A stretch of DNA of 64,000 nt from positions 1-64,000 of the forward strand of contig JAVHQC010000006.1 of assembly GCA_036170915.1 (NCBI GenBank), given 5' to 3'. Under the pieces are notes generated by a model. It had not been told where the DNA came from, ran no database searches, and was given only the letters and a program-made list of their open reading frames with translations. Numbering within the stretch: position 1 is the first letter of the stretch; every line of letters begins with the position of its first letter. Shown piece after piece: positions 36,716 through 45,860 of this stretch. Source of the DNA: Cyanobacteria bacterium auto_48_18 (GTDB lineage: Bacteria; Cyanobacteriota; Vampirovibrionia; Obscuribacterales; Obscuribacteraceae). A program made the position numbers and the translations under genes.

Positions 36716-37858
36716 GTGGCAATCACTGATTTCAAAATTCAAGGCTACCGATCGATTAAAGATCTCTGGCTCAGGCTGTTGCCCATTAACGTCATAGTGG
36801 GACAAAACGGGACAGGCAAGAGCAATTTGTACAGGGCTATGTATCTACTTGCCTGCGCCGCCAGAGGAGAATTTGCCGAAGCGTTGGCTGAAGAAGGTGG
36901 TATTGCATCGGCGCTATGGGCGGGCGATTGGAGTAAAAACGATGAGATTTGCCTTTCTCTTTCGATGCGTACAGATAGGTACGAATACAATCTGCAGTGC
37001 GGCCCTGCGGGCAAAGTTGTCAGACCTGAATATTTCCGAAAGGATCCGGTGATTAAGGCGGAAGACGTTTTTAAGATTGAAAACGGACGAAAGAAGCGTT
37101 TGCTTTCTCGTCGCTTGAGAGTTGTCTCTGCTCGAAACGCCGCTGGTAAAGAAGTAGAGTACAGCACCAAAATTGGTGACAATGAATCCGTCCTTTCCGC
37201 TCTCAAAGATCCAATCAATTTTCCTGAATTATTTGGTTTGCGGGAAGAAATACTGGGCTGGCGCTTCTATCATGGTTTTCGCAAGGATGTAAACTCACCT
37301 TTGCGACTACCGCAAATTGGCGTGATGACTGCGGCCTTGAGCCATGATGGTCACGATTTGGCCGCTGTGCTTGCCAGTATCATAGAAGCTGGAGATCGAG
37401 ACTGCTTGGAAGCAAGCATCGACGAGGCTTTTCCAGGTGCAAGCCTCGGCATTGCACAGACTAAAGCTGGTTTGGCGCTATCCTTTTCACAGCCCGGTTT
37501 GCTCAGACCACTCAATGGAACCGAACTTTCAGACGGCACATTGCAATACCTCTGCCTTCTTGCTGCCTTGCTCAGTCTGTCGGCACCATCAGTGATTGTA
37601 TTGAACGAACCAGAAACAAGTTTGCATCCAAATCTAATTGAGCCCCTGGCCAAGCTGATTACTAAATGCGCTATGGATACACAAATCTGGATCACAACTC
37701 ATTCGCGGGAGCTGGCGGATCGCATCATGGACTTAAGTGGATATGAATCGTTTGAACTAACGAAATCGGCTGGTCAAACAAAGCTCGTAGGCGTGGGCCT
37801 GGGGGGCTTTCGTGAAGATTCTGAAGATTCTGAAGACGACAAAGGTGTAGCGCAGTGA
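36716..37858 (+). CDS. ABC/SMC-like ATPase (AAA_21/COG4637 type), copy 2
   Basis: GQNGTGKS, LSDGTLQYLCLLAALL, VLNEPETS and TTH motifs. Confidence 0.9.
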   Translation: MAITDFKIQGYRSIKDLWLRLLPINVIVGQNGTGKSNLYRAMYLLACAARGEFAEALAEEGGIASALWAGDWSKNDEICLSLSMRTDRYEYNLQCGPAGKVVRPEYFRKDPVIKAEDVFKIENGRKKRLLSRRLRVVSARNAAGKEVEYSTKIGDNESVLSALKDPINFPELFGLREEILGWRFYHGFRKDVNSPLRLPQIGVMTAALSHDGHDLAAVLASIIEAGDRDCLEASIDEAFPGASLGIAQTKAGLALSFSQPGLLRPLNGTELSDGTLQYLCLLAALLSLSAPSVIVLNEPETSLHPNLIEPLAKLITKCAMDTQIWITTHSRELADRIMDLSGYESFELTKSAGQTKLVGVGLGGFREDSEDSEDDKGVAQ

Positions 37859-39327
37859 ATTCACTTAATCGGCGAGAGTTCCTGGCGCTGGCCGGAGTTA
37901 CCCTAAGCAGTTTCCCCTGGCACGAAGCGCTGGCGAAGCGGCATGGAATACTAGTAAATGATGTGCATTCACAACTGAATGAGACTCAAGTGAGCGAGAT
38001 AGCTTATCCGCGAACAGTTGTCGACTTGCGTGGCATCGTTGACAGAACACGCAAAGCAAAGAAAGCGTTGTCTGTATGCGGCTCGCGTCACGCAGCTGGT
38101 GGTCAGCAATTTCTTAGTGACAGCGTACTTGTTGACACAACCAAGTTTGCACGGGTGCTCAACTTTGATAGTGACCTCGGTTTAATCACTGTTGAAAGCG
38201 GCATTCGCTGGGTGGAGTTGCAGGCCTGGATGGAGAGCCATCAATCGGATAGCGTTAAACTATGGGCTTTCAATCAAAAGCAAACCGGGCTTAGTGAACT
38301 GACCATTGGTGGCACTATTGGTGCCAATGCACATGGCCAGGGTCTTGCACTCAAGCCCTTCATCGGCGACATTGAGTCACTGCGTCTGCTCAACGCGGAA
38401 GGCGAGATTCTCAATTGCAGCAGAAATGAAAATGCCAGATTGTTCAGTCTGGTTGTGGGAGGTTATGGCCTTTTTGGGATAGTGCTTGATGTGACACTAA
38501 AGCTGGTGCCGCGGCAAAAAGTGCGCAGACTGGTAAGCATTATTCCAGTGAGTGAAATTGGCACCGCCCTGGATGCCGCGATCAAGCACGGATTTCGCTA
38601 TGGCCACTGCCAGCTCAATATAGATGAAACTTCGCCTGATTATCTAGCCAACGGCATATTTTGCAGCTATGAACCTGTAGATAATTCTACTGCCCTTGCC
38701 AGTACCGCTTATATTGCTGGTGAAAAATGGGTAGACATGCTGGAGCTGGCGCATAAAGACAAAGCCCAGGCTTTTAGTAATTATTCTAAGTTTTTTGCCA
38801 GCACCAATGGTTTTGTTAACTGGGCAGATGTCTGGCAGAATAGTTTCTACGCCGCCAATTATCATCAGATTGTCGATCAAAGATTGCTTGCTCCGGCTGC
38901 GAGCGAAGTGCTGAGTGAATTCTATGTGCCCATTGACCAGCTGCCGGTCTTCATTGCCAAAGCGCGTCAATATTTTATAAGTTTTGACATCAATATTATT
39001 TTCAGCACCGTCAGATTTATTCAAAAAGATGATGAAAGTTTTTTGCCTTGGGCCAGGAAAAATTATGCATGTGTGATTTTCAATTTGCATACCGTGCATT
39101 CGCAGATGCCCATAAAGAAAACCATGGATGCGCTTTCTTTTCTTACTGATTGCGCCATTGCCGCCTCGGGCAGCTTTTACCTGACATACCAGCACGTGGC
39201 AAACAAACAGCAAATTCTGTCCTGTTACCCCAGATTCGAAGAATTTTTAGCGGCCAAGCTAGAATTTGATTCTGCTGCGGTATTTCAAAGCGACTGGTAC
39301 CGTTGGCATTTGCAATTGTTTGCTTGA
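37855..39327 (+). CDS. Tat-exported FAD-binding oxidoreductase (VAO/ALO/DprE1-like)
   Basis: Twin-arginine NRREFL; GSRHAAGGQ, TIGGTIGANAHG and GGYGLFG motifs. Confidence 0.88.
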   Translation: MNSLNRREFLALAGVTLSSFPWHEALAKRHGILVNDVHSQLNETQVSEIAYPRTVVDLRGIVDRTRKAKKALSVCGSRHAAGGQQFLSDSVLVDTTKFARVLNFDSDLGLITVESGIRWVELQAWMESHQSDSVKLWAFNQKQTGLSELTIGGTIGANAHGQGLALKPFIGDIESLRLLNAEGEILNCSRNENARLFSLVVGGYGLFGIVLDVTLKLVPRQKVRRLVSIIPVSEIGTALDAAIKHGFRYGHCQLNIDETSPDYLANGIFCSYEPVDNSTALASTAYIAGEKWVDMLELAHKDKAQAFSNYSKFFASTNGFVNWADVWQNSFYAANYHQIVDQRLLAPAASEVLSEFYVPIDQLPVFIAKARQYFISFDINIIFSTVRFIQKDDESFLPWARKNYACVIFNLHTVHSQMPIKKTMDALSFLTDCAIAASGSFYLTYQHVANKQQILSCYPRFEEFLAAKLEFDSAAVFQSDWYRWHLQLFA

Positions 39328-39504
39328 CTCTTTCAAATACTAATTTTCTAGCGCGAATCCATTAGATTTGTTTCGAATTAATAGCATTCGCTCACACTTA
39401 TATACAGTGCTGGGAACAGTGAATAATCAATAGAAAATTCTTCTCCAGAACTTTGAACTTTTATTGGTCTTCCGACGTTTACATAAGAAACGGAGGAAAT
39501 ACTA

Positions 39505-40551
39505 ATGTTGGAACGTTTCGAAAATGACGGAGAAATTGAGAAAATTTGGCAGACAGTTTTGTCTATCGCACCAACCGATTCCGATGCTTTAGACATATTC
39601 TGTCAACACTGGAGCCAGAATGACCTTCTAAGATGTGGTTACTGTGGTAGTACTGATTTAAACCGTGCTCCAGGCGACCGTAGGTGTAAGTGTGACAACT
39701 GCGGTAAAAAAGTATGGGTCACTTCCGAGAAGCTTCTTGAACGTGCAGAACGCTTCCAGGCGTACCTGGCAGCAGCTCTAATTCGTGAAGCCGGCCTCTT
39801 TATCAGTGGAGCTGCATTTGCTCGGCTTACAGAAGTGCAGACTTCTACCGCTTACAACATATTGAGAAAGTTCAATATTGCGCTGGCTAATCAGTTACCA
39901 CAAGACGCAGAGGAAATTTCTGGAAGACTAATGAAACTGATAATCGCCAAGCGAACCTGCGAGACTCCCGCCCGGTTGCATCCATTCGCAGAGCAAGAAC
40001 TGATTGACGAGGAGATTTTTCAAAGTCGCTCTGAGCAAGATTGGGTCGCATCAGATTGTGCTCAGAACAAATCTGCTGAAGAGGAGCAGGATGATTTTGC
40101 ACGCAATACAGAATTGGTTCTGGGAGTGCTGTCGGCGGAAGTGGGAATGACGGCAGATGACGTTCAGTTGAAAACAGGTATTGCGATTGGAGTAGTCACT
40201 GGAAGTCTCTTTGTGCTTGAACTGAATGGCAAAGCTCGCAGGGTCCCAGGAGGTAAGTATTTCCTTTGTGTGGTATCGGCAGCAGATCAGTTTCAGGCCA
40301 GAGAAAATTCGCAGCTTGCAGAAAGTGTGAGGCTCGGGGCGATAAAATATCTGTCAGTCATTGGTGAGTACCTTCACCGTGTTGGTCGCAAAGGCCTTCA
40401 GCATCACCTTGCGGCAGTTTGGTGTGCTCTCGATCGGGCAACATGGGGGCCAGGCTCTCTGATCAGCCTGAGTGGAATGCATCCGCCAGTGCCTTATCGT
40501 CAGATGGTTGAGTATGTGTCGCCACCATACTTGAAAATTGTGATCTGTTAA
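39505..40551 (+). CDS. IS1595-transposase-derived Zn-ribbon/HTH protein with a DprA-type winged helix and no recognisable DDE core
   Basis: Strong SD GGAGG; CGYC..CDNC; ISGAAFARLTEVQTSTAYNILRK; SLFVLELNGKARRVPGGKY; YLHRVGRKGLQHHL. Confidence 0.7.
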   Translation: MLERFENDGEIEKIWQTVLSIAPTDSDALDIFCQHWSQNDLLRCGYCGSTDLNRAPGDRRCKCDNCGKKVWVTSEKLLERAERFQAYLAAALIREAGLFISGAAFARLTEVQTSTAYNILRKFNIALANQLPQDAEEISGRLMKLIIAKRTCETPARLHPFAEQELIDEEIFQSRSEQDWVASDCAQNKSAEEEQDDFARNTELVLGVLSAEVGMTADDVQLKTGIAIGVVTGSLFVLELNGKARRVPGGKYFLCVVSAADQFQARENSQLAESVRLGAIKYLSVIGEYLHRVGRKGLQHHLAAVWCALDRATWGPGSLISLSGMHPPVPYRQMVEYVSPPYLKIVIC

Positions 40552-40709
40552 CTCTGGGATTTTTAGGTATTTCGAATGGCGGATCGTGAGAGCGATTCGC
40601 TAGTTGTGCTGCAATGCTTTAGCTTTCGGGAGTAAATTATTTTCTGAAGATTAATCTTGATGCTTGGAAAAGGGTTTTTGGCCTCTTTGTGATCGATAAA
40701 AAGCTCGGA

Positions 40710-40779
40710 CGATATCGTCTGAAGTTTTTTGTAAGTTTGAACGATATCGGTTAAACGTTGGGATCTTTGACCGATATCG
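40710..40779. repeat. Three CGATATCG palindromes at 32- and 30-bp spacing
   Basis: Exact 8-mers at 40710, 40742 and 40772. Confidence 0.85.
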
Positions 40780-40867
40780 GCGAAAGTTTTCCGAGGTAAC
40801 ACCGCCTGCCAGCCAACCCTGCAAACGCCCCGCCCACAGCCACCCGCAACCAGAAGCATCTAACCAA

Positions 40868-41656
40868 CTAAGCACTTTTGATCATTCGAACGATTTCACG
40901 CACGTGATCTAAAAACTGACTGTCAGATGAGAGTTTAGCAATTGCATTTTGCCCTTCGCGTCTTAATGTCTCGTGTTCTGCTCGATTGTCTTGCGCCAAC
41001 GTGGTGTACTTTTGTGCCAGGTGTTCCAGGTCAATTTTTAAGCTACCTATAGTGCGATTCATATTTGATGGCAAGCTGTCCGGATTTTTTGGATCCACGG
41101 CTGTCGACAACTGCTCCAGTAAAAGCTCGAGTTTTTCTACTTTCTCGCGCAGCACCAGCACGTCTTCTCGCGGATATTTGAAAGTGTGCCTAATATCTCT
41201 TAGTCTTTGCCAGAGGTATTCATAAGCTCGAACTGATGGCCTCAGAATCGTTAGCAAAGCTGCAGCTGCTGCACCAAAATACCCCACTGGAGTAATGTGC
41301 GCCGCTGACAAATAGAACAGTGCTGCCGCAGAAACCAGATGCAGTCCGATGGCAATACTTAGCGATATGGCTTTAATTTTCCTGACATATTTTGCTTTTA
41401 TTTCGTCGACTGCAATGCCTAACTTGAGGCTGTTATTGGCGTCGTCTTGAACTGCCAGTGCCTCAAAGTAGACGTTCCATGGAGCGATAGTAATGGCGAG
41501 TAACCACCAGGCCGTTGCGATGGCGATAATCCAGTCGACCATTGAACCGCTAGGTATATTCAGCCATTTGAGCAAGCCAAATAGAAGTGCGGTCATAACC
41601 ATCATCATTAAGGTGGCATAGATAAAAGAGCCTAGTCCGCGTCCCAAAATAAACAC
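40868..41656 (-). CDS. Hypothetical membrane protein with C-terminal coiled coil
   Basis: Four TM helices followed by heptad-rich helices. Confidence 0.75.
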   Translation of the reverse strand: MFILGRGLGSFIYATLMMMVMTALLFGLLKWLNIPSGSMVDWIIAIATAWWLLAITIAPWNVYFEALAVQDDANNSLKLGIAVDEIKAKYVRKIKAISLSIAIGLHLVSAAALFYLSAAHITPVGYFGAAAAALLTILRPSVRAYEYLWQRLRDIRHTFKYPREDVLVLREKVEKLELLLEQLSTAVDPKNPDSLPSNMNRTIGSLKIDLEHLAQKYTTLAQDNRAEHETLRREGQNAIAKLSSDSQFLDHVREIVRMIKSA

Positions 41657-41753
41657 CTCCGCTTGCTTGATTTAGCATAGGCGGAGTCTCGTTCACTCAA
41701 TGACTAGACTGCTCACTTTGAAAACTGTTTGCTGCCTGCGTCTGCAAGACTAC

Positions 41754-43361
41754 TTAATTGGCTTCCGGAATTGAGGTCAGCTTGCCTAAAGTGTTGTAGA
41801 CGGTCACTGGTCCGAACAATTCCAGATCGTCTTTGATCTTTTTAGCGTCGCCCACCACAGCTACAACCAAATTATTTGAATCAATCAGTTTTCGCGCAGC
41901 TGTGCGCACGTCATCTACTTTAACTGCAGTTACTTTAGCCGCGTAAGTTTCCAGGAAATCATCAGGCAGATCGTAAAGCTTAGCTTCTAAAAGCCGCTGC
42001 GCCAGTCCACCTTGAGTTTCAAGGCCGAGCTGAAAGGAGCCGGCCAGATAGTTTTTAGCGCTGTTCAATTCGGCGTCGGTCACTTTAGTGGTGCGCATGC
42101 GGTCCAGTTCATAAAGAAATTCCTGCACTGATGGATTCGTCACTTCAGTGCGAACGTTGGCGCCGGCAAAGAACGTTCCTGGTTGCAAGCGTGCCGCCAT
42201 GCGGCTGTAAGCTCCATATGTATAACCTTTAGCTTCGCGTATATTGAGGAATAAGCGAGCGTGAGCTGCACCACCGAGAATTTGATTCATGACGATCATG
42301 GGGAAGTAATCCGGGTCACTTCTTTTCACTCCCACATTGCCAAGTTTGATAGATGTCTGTACGGAGCCCGGACGGTCCACCAGATAAAGTCTGCGTCCAG
42401 TTTGTTTTGGCAGCTGCGGTTGCACTACCTGAGCCACATCCGTGGCTTGCCACTGGGCACCGAATTTCTCATCGATTAGTTTGCGCATGGCTTCTTCTTT
42501 AAAGTCGCCAATCACAACTAAAACTGAACGATTTGGTTGATAGTGAGCTTTGTGGTAGGCCTCGATGTCTTTTCTTGTAATTTTATTGAGCGATTCTTCT
42601 GTGGCTGATACCACAGAATAAGGATGCTCGCCGAATAGCACTTTGCTGAAACGCTCTTCCACCAAAAAATCAGGACTGCCTCGCTTTATGGTCAATTCTT
42701 GAATTTGATTGACCTTTTTCAAGTTGAGCTCGTCTTCTGGAAAACTAGGATGCAGAAGCACGTCTGACAGTAAATCGAATAATCGGCCTGTGTAAGGTGA
42801 AAGTGCTGAGCCGCTCAAAATAGTGTAATCGTAGTCGATACTGGCTCCCAGCCCGCCGCCGATGAAGTCGATTTCAGAGGCGATTTCTTTGCTCTTTCTT
42901 GTGGTGGTTCCTTCAGTCAGTAAGTCGGCAGTCATGCTGGCCAGGCCAAGGTAATCTTTAGGCTCGTTAGAGCTACCTTCACGAAAACCAATATTGGCCG
43001 ATATGAATGGATAGCGATGATCTTCAACGAGCTGCACTTCCAGGCCGTTAGCTAGTTTAAAGCTAATAATTTTTGGCAGACTAAATGGTCTGGGTGCCGG
43101 CATCTTCGGAGCATCTTTGCGCCAGGCTTCGACAGCGGTGTTGGTAATTTGCGCACGTGACAGTGATTCTGAGGCTTTAGGAATTGCGGGCTGTTGCGGA
43201 GCAATCAATGCTTTGTTTGACTTGGCGCTTACTGTATTTGTAGTGGCTGCTTTAGTAGCTGCCTTAACCTCTGCTGCCAGGTTGACGGGTGTACCGGCAG
43301 CAAGTAAAAGCGAGCTTAATGCAAGGCGGAAGAGCTTTTCCATGCTTGATTTCATTTCCAT
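41754..43361 (-). CDS. M16 (pitrilysin) peptidase, non-catalytic subunit
   Basis: LANGL, no HxxEH, and RLFLNIREAKGYTYG motif. Confidence 0.9.
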   Translation of the reverse strand: MEMKSSMEKLFRLALSSLLLAAGTPVNLAAEVKAATKAATTNTVSAKSNKALIAPQQPAIPKASESLSRAQITNTAVEAWRKDAPKMPAPRPFSLPKIISFKLANGLEVQLVEDHRYPFISANIGFREGSSNEPKDYLGLASMTADLLTEGTTTRKSKEIASEIDFIGGGLGASIDYDYTILSGSALSPYTGRLFDLLSDVLLHPSFPEDELNLKKVNQIQELTIKRGSPDFLVEERFSKVLFGEHPYSVVSATEESLNKITRKDIEAYHKAHYQPNRSVLVVIGDFKEEAMRKLIDEKFGAQWQATDVAQVVQPQLPKQTGRRLYLVDRPGSVQTSIKLGNVGVKRSDPDYFPMIVMNQILGGAAHARLFLNIREAKGYTYGAYSRMAARLQPGTFFAGANVRTEVTNPSVQEFLYELDRMRTTKVTDAELNSAKNYLAGSFQLGLETQGGLAQRLLEAKLYDLPDDFLETYAAKVTAVKVDDVRTAARKLIDSNNLVVAVVGDAKKIKDDLELFGPVTVYNTLGKLTSIPEAN

Positions 43362-43372
43362 CTATTTCCTGT

Positions 43373-44797
43373 TTAGCCTTTGGGTGCGGGAATGACATCA
43401 ACGGTGGTTGCACCTTCTCTCGAGAAGATGTCGCCGGCAACTCGTTGAATGTCTTCTTTACTGACATTTAGATATGCTTCCACGTCTTTGTCGATCAAAG
43501 TGGGATCACCAAAGAAGCTGGCGTATTCAGCTAACATTTCTGCTCTGCTGAGTGACTTTTGCAGCGATGAGTGGCTGCTGGATGAGAACAGCGCGCGAAG
43601 AATTTGATTTTTTGCTTTCTGTAATTCAAAATCTGTAACCGGCGCAGCCTTGACTTTGTCGAGTTCGCTGAAAACTACTTCTCGTACTTTCTCTGGTGTG
43701 GAGCCGCTCTTATAAACCACAAAAGTTTCAAACAGCGAGGGGCCACGCCGCTCGTCGTAAGAGCAGCTAACTTGCAAGGCCACCTGATCTTCTTTAACTA
43801 AGCGTTGATAGAGCCTTGATGATTCGCCTGTGGAAAGAATTGTTTGCAATAAATTGAGGGCATAAAAATCTTTATCACGACGTGCAGGTGCTTTCCAGGC
43901 AACCCAGAAAGCCGGAGCCTGAGCCAGGCTATCGCTCACTTTTAAATATTTTGCTTTAGTTTGTTTTGGTTCGCTTAAATCTGGGCGCGTGGGTAGTGTT
44001 GCTTTCGGTATGGTGGCAAAATATTTTTCTACCAACTTTGTTGCGTCTTCACTGTTGAAGTCACCAACTATTGCCATGGTGGCATTATTGGGTGAATAGT
44101 AAGTATCAAAGAACTTGCGCACATCGGCGATTGACGAGGCTTCCAGGTCTTCAACCGAGCCGATTGGCGGATGCCCGTTGCTCCAGTTGTCGAATGCCAG
44201 TTCTTCTAATTTGATCGAGGCCGGTGCGTAAGGTTGATTATCAACTCGCATACGCTTTTCTTCTTTTACGGTCTCTAATTGATTAGCAAATTTTTCCGGC
44301 GTCACTTTGAGTGAACGCATGCGATCGGATTCCAACCACAAGGCAAGCTCTAATTGATTGCTCGGCAGTTTCTCATAATAGTTGGTGTAATCGGCATGGG
44401 TTGAGGCATTTAAGCTGCCGCCGGCACTTTCAATAAACTTAAAATGTTCCATTTTTGGAACGTTCTCAGAGCCTTGAAACATCATGTGTTCAAATAAATG
44501 GGCAAATCCTGAGCGGTTCTTGATCTCGTCTCGGGCGCCCACATCGTAGACAATTGCCACTGATACTACAGGCGCTGCATGATCTTCTGAGAGTACTACT
44601 CTCAGTCCGTTTGCCAATTTGAAATCTTTGGTCACCGGAATGAGTGGCTTCTTCATGGCAATGTCAACTTTACCCAGTGGCGCTGTACTTTGACCGAATG
44701 CCGCCAGCGGAGAGATCAGGTGATTGCTAACACAACTGAGTGCACTAAGCAGCACTATCCGTTTCTGTATCGATGATCCTGGTCCCAATAACTTCAT
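43373..44797 (-). CDS. M16 (pitrilysin) peptidase, catalytic subunit
   Basis: GFAHLFEHMMFQGS and LWLESDRM motifs. Start re-called near 44797-44809. Confidence 0.92.
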   Translation of the reverse strand: MKLLGPGSSIQKRIVLLSALSCVSNHLISPLAAFGQSTAPLGKVDIAMKKPLIPVTKDFKLANGLRVVLSEDHAAPVVSVAIVYDVGARDEIKNRSGFAHLFEHMMFQGSENVPKMEHFKFIESAGGSLNASTHADYTNYYEKLPSNQLELALWLESDRMRSLKVTPEKFANQLETVKEEKRMRVDNQPYAPASIKLEELAFDNWSNGHPPIGSVEDLEASSIADVRKFFDTYYSPNNATMAIVGDFNSEDATKLVEKYFATIPKATLPTRPDLSEPKQTKAKYLKVSDSLAQAPAFWVAWKAPARRDKDFYALNLLQTILSTGESSRLYQRLVKEDQVALQVSCSYDERRGPSLFETFVVYKSGSTPEKVREVVFSELDKVKAAPVTDFELQKAKNQILRALFSSSSHSSLQKSLSRAEMLAEYASFFGDPTLIDKDVEAYLNVSKEDIQRVAGDIFSREGATTVDVIPAPKG

Positions 44798-44798
44798 C

Positions 44799-44996
44799 CT
44801 AGCTGTCATCCTCATCATCATCAGTTCCCAAAAGCACGGAGGACCAAAATATTGCCACCACCAGTAGAGACAGTATGGCCGCGCCCACGCAGACTTTCTC
44901 CGGTACGCCATAACGGTGCAGCATCAGGTAAGAGGCCAGGGATAAGACCAGGGCCAGTAATGCCACCACGTGATTGAGTGAGTATCGGCGCAACAT
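44799..44996 (-). CDS. Small two-TM protein with acidic tail (65 aa)
   Basis: ATG preceded by GAGGA; two hydrophobic helices and DDDEDDS; fits between mtnP and the M16 gene. Confidence 0.6.
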   Translation of the reverse strand: MLRRYSLNHVVALLALVLSLASYLMLHRYGVPEKVCVGAAILSLLVVAIFWSSVLLGTDDDEDDS

Positions 44997-45056
44997 GGTC
45001 TATCCTCGGCCACTTATTTTGGATCTGTTCTGCCAGCCAGCCAGCCAAATACCTTA

Positions 45057-45860
45057 TTATCCGCGAGCTAACTTGAGCGTATCGGCGCAAGTGCATTTTT
45101 CACGAGAGTCAGGAATGGTCTCAATCAAATTAACAAGCAGCGTTTGCAGCTTGCTGATATTGGCGGAGAAGACTTTCATTACTTCCGCATGGGAAACAGG
45201 ATCGACATTGGCCGTGACACCACTATCATAATCGGTGATCAGAGATACGTTGACCACACACATCGAAAGTTCTTTAGCCAGGTAGGCTTCCGGATATTGG
45301 GTCATGTTAATTACTTCCCAACCCATTTTATTGAACCAGGCAGACTCGGCCTTAGTTGAAAATCTAGGTCCTTGAATCACTACCACAGTGCCGGCAGGGT
45401 GCATGGTAATGCCCGCTTTCTCACCGGCTTTTACCGCCAGCTCGCGCAGTTGAGGACAGTAGCATTCGGCTGGTGAAACGTGAGTGGTGATTGGTCCATC
45501 ATAAAAAGTATCAGCTCTGCCAGATGTGCGGTCCACAAATTGATCACAGACCACAAATTCACCTGGCTTGACGTGAATTTGCAATGAGCCGGCGGCGCAG
45601 GGTGAGATGATGCGCTTCACTCCTAATGATTTCATTGCCCAGAGATTGGCTCGGTAGTTGACTTTTTGCGGTGGAATGGTGTGCTTCTCGCCGTGTCTGG
45701 GCATAAAGGCTACTCTTTTTCCACCCATGGTGCCTATCGCCAGAGGGGCAGAGGGTGCGCCATAAGGTGTTTCAACCAGCGTTTCCTCATATTTGTCGAG
45801 CAGCTTGTAGAAGCCGGAGCCTCCGAAAATGCCAATGTCGGCGAGGGATTTTGTTTCCAT
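45057..45860 (-). CDS. mtnP: S-methyl-5'-thioadenosine phosphorylase
   Basis: GIFGGSG, RHG, NYRANLWA, QGPRFST.AES, NMT..PE and TDYD motifs. Confidence 0.93.
   Translation of the reverse strand: METKSLADIGIFGGSGFYKLLDKYEETLVETPYGAPSAPLAIGTMGGKRVAFMPRHGEKHTIPPQKVNYRANLWAMKSLGVKRIISPCAAGSLQIHVKPGEFVVCDQFVDRTSGRADTFYDGPITTHVSPAECYCPQLRELAVKAGEKAGITMHPAGTVVVIQGPRFSTKAESAWFNKMGWEVINMTQYPEAYLAKELSMCVVNVSLITDYDSGVTANVDPVSHAEVMKVFSANISKLQTLLVNLIETIPDSREKCTCADTLKLARG

Noticed and set aside
39328..40867. Intact IS1595 element with terminal inverted repeats
   Set aside because: No DDE motif is visible, and by eye I found only a weak match (CTAGCGCGAATC vs GATTCGCTAG) with no convincing TIR or target duplication.
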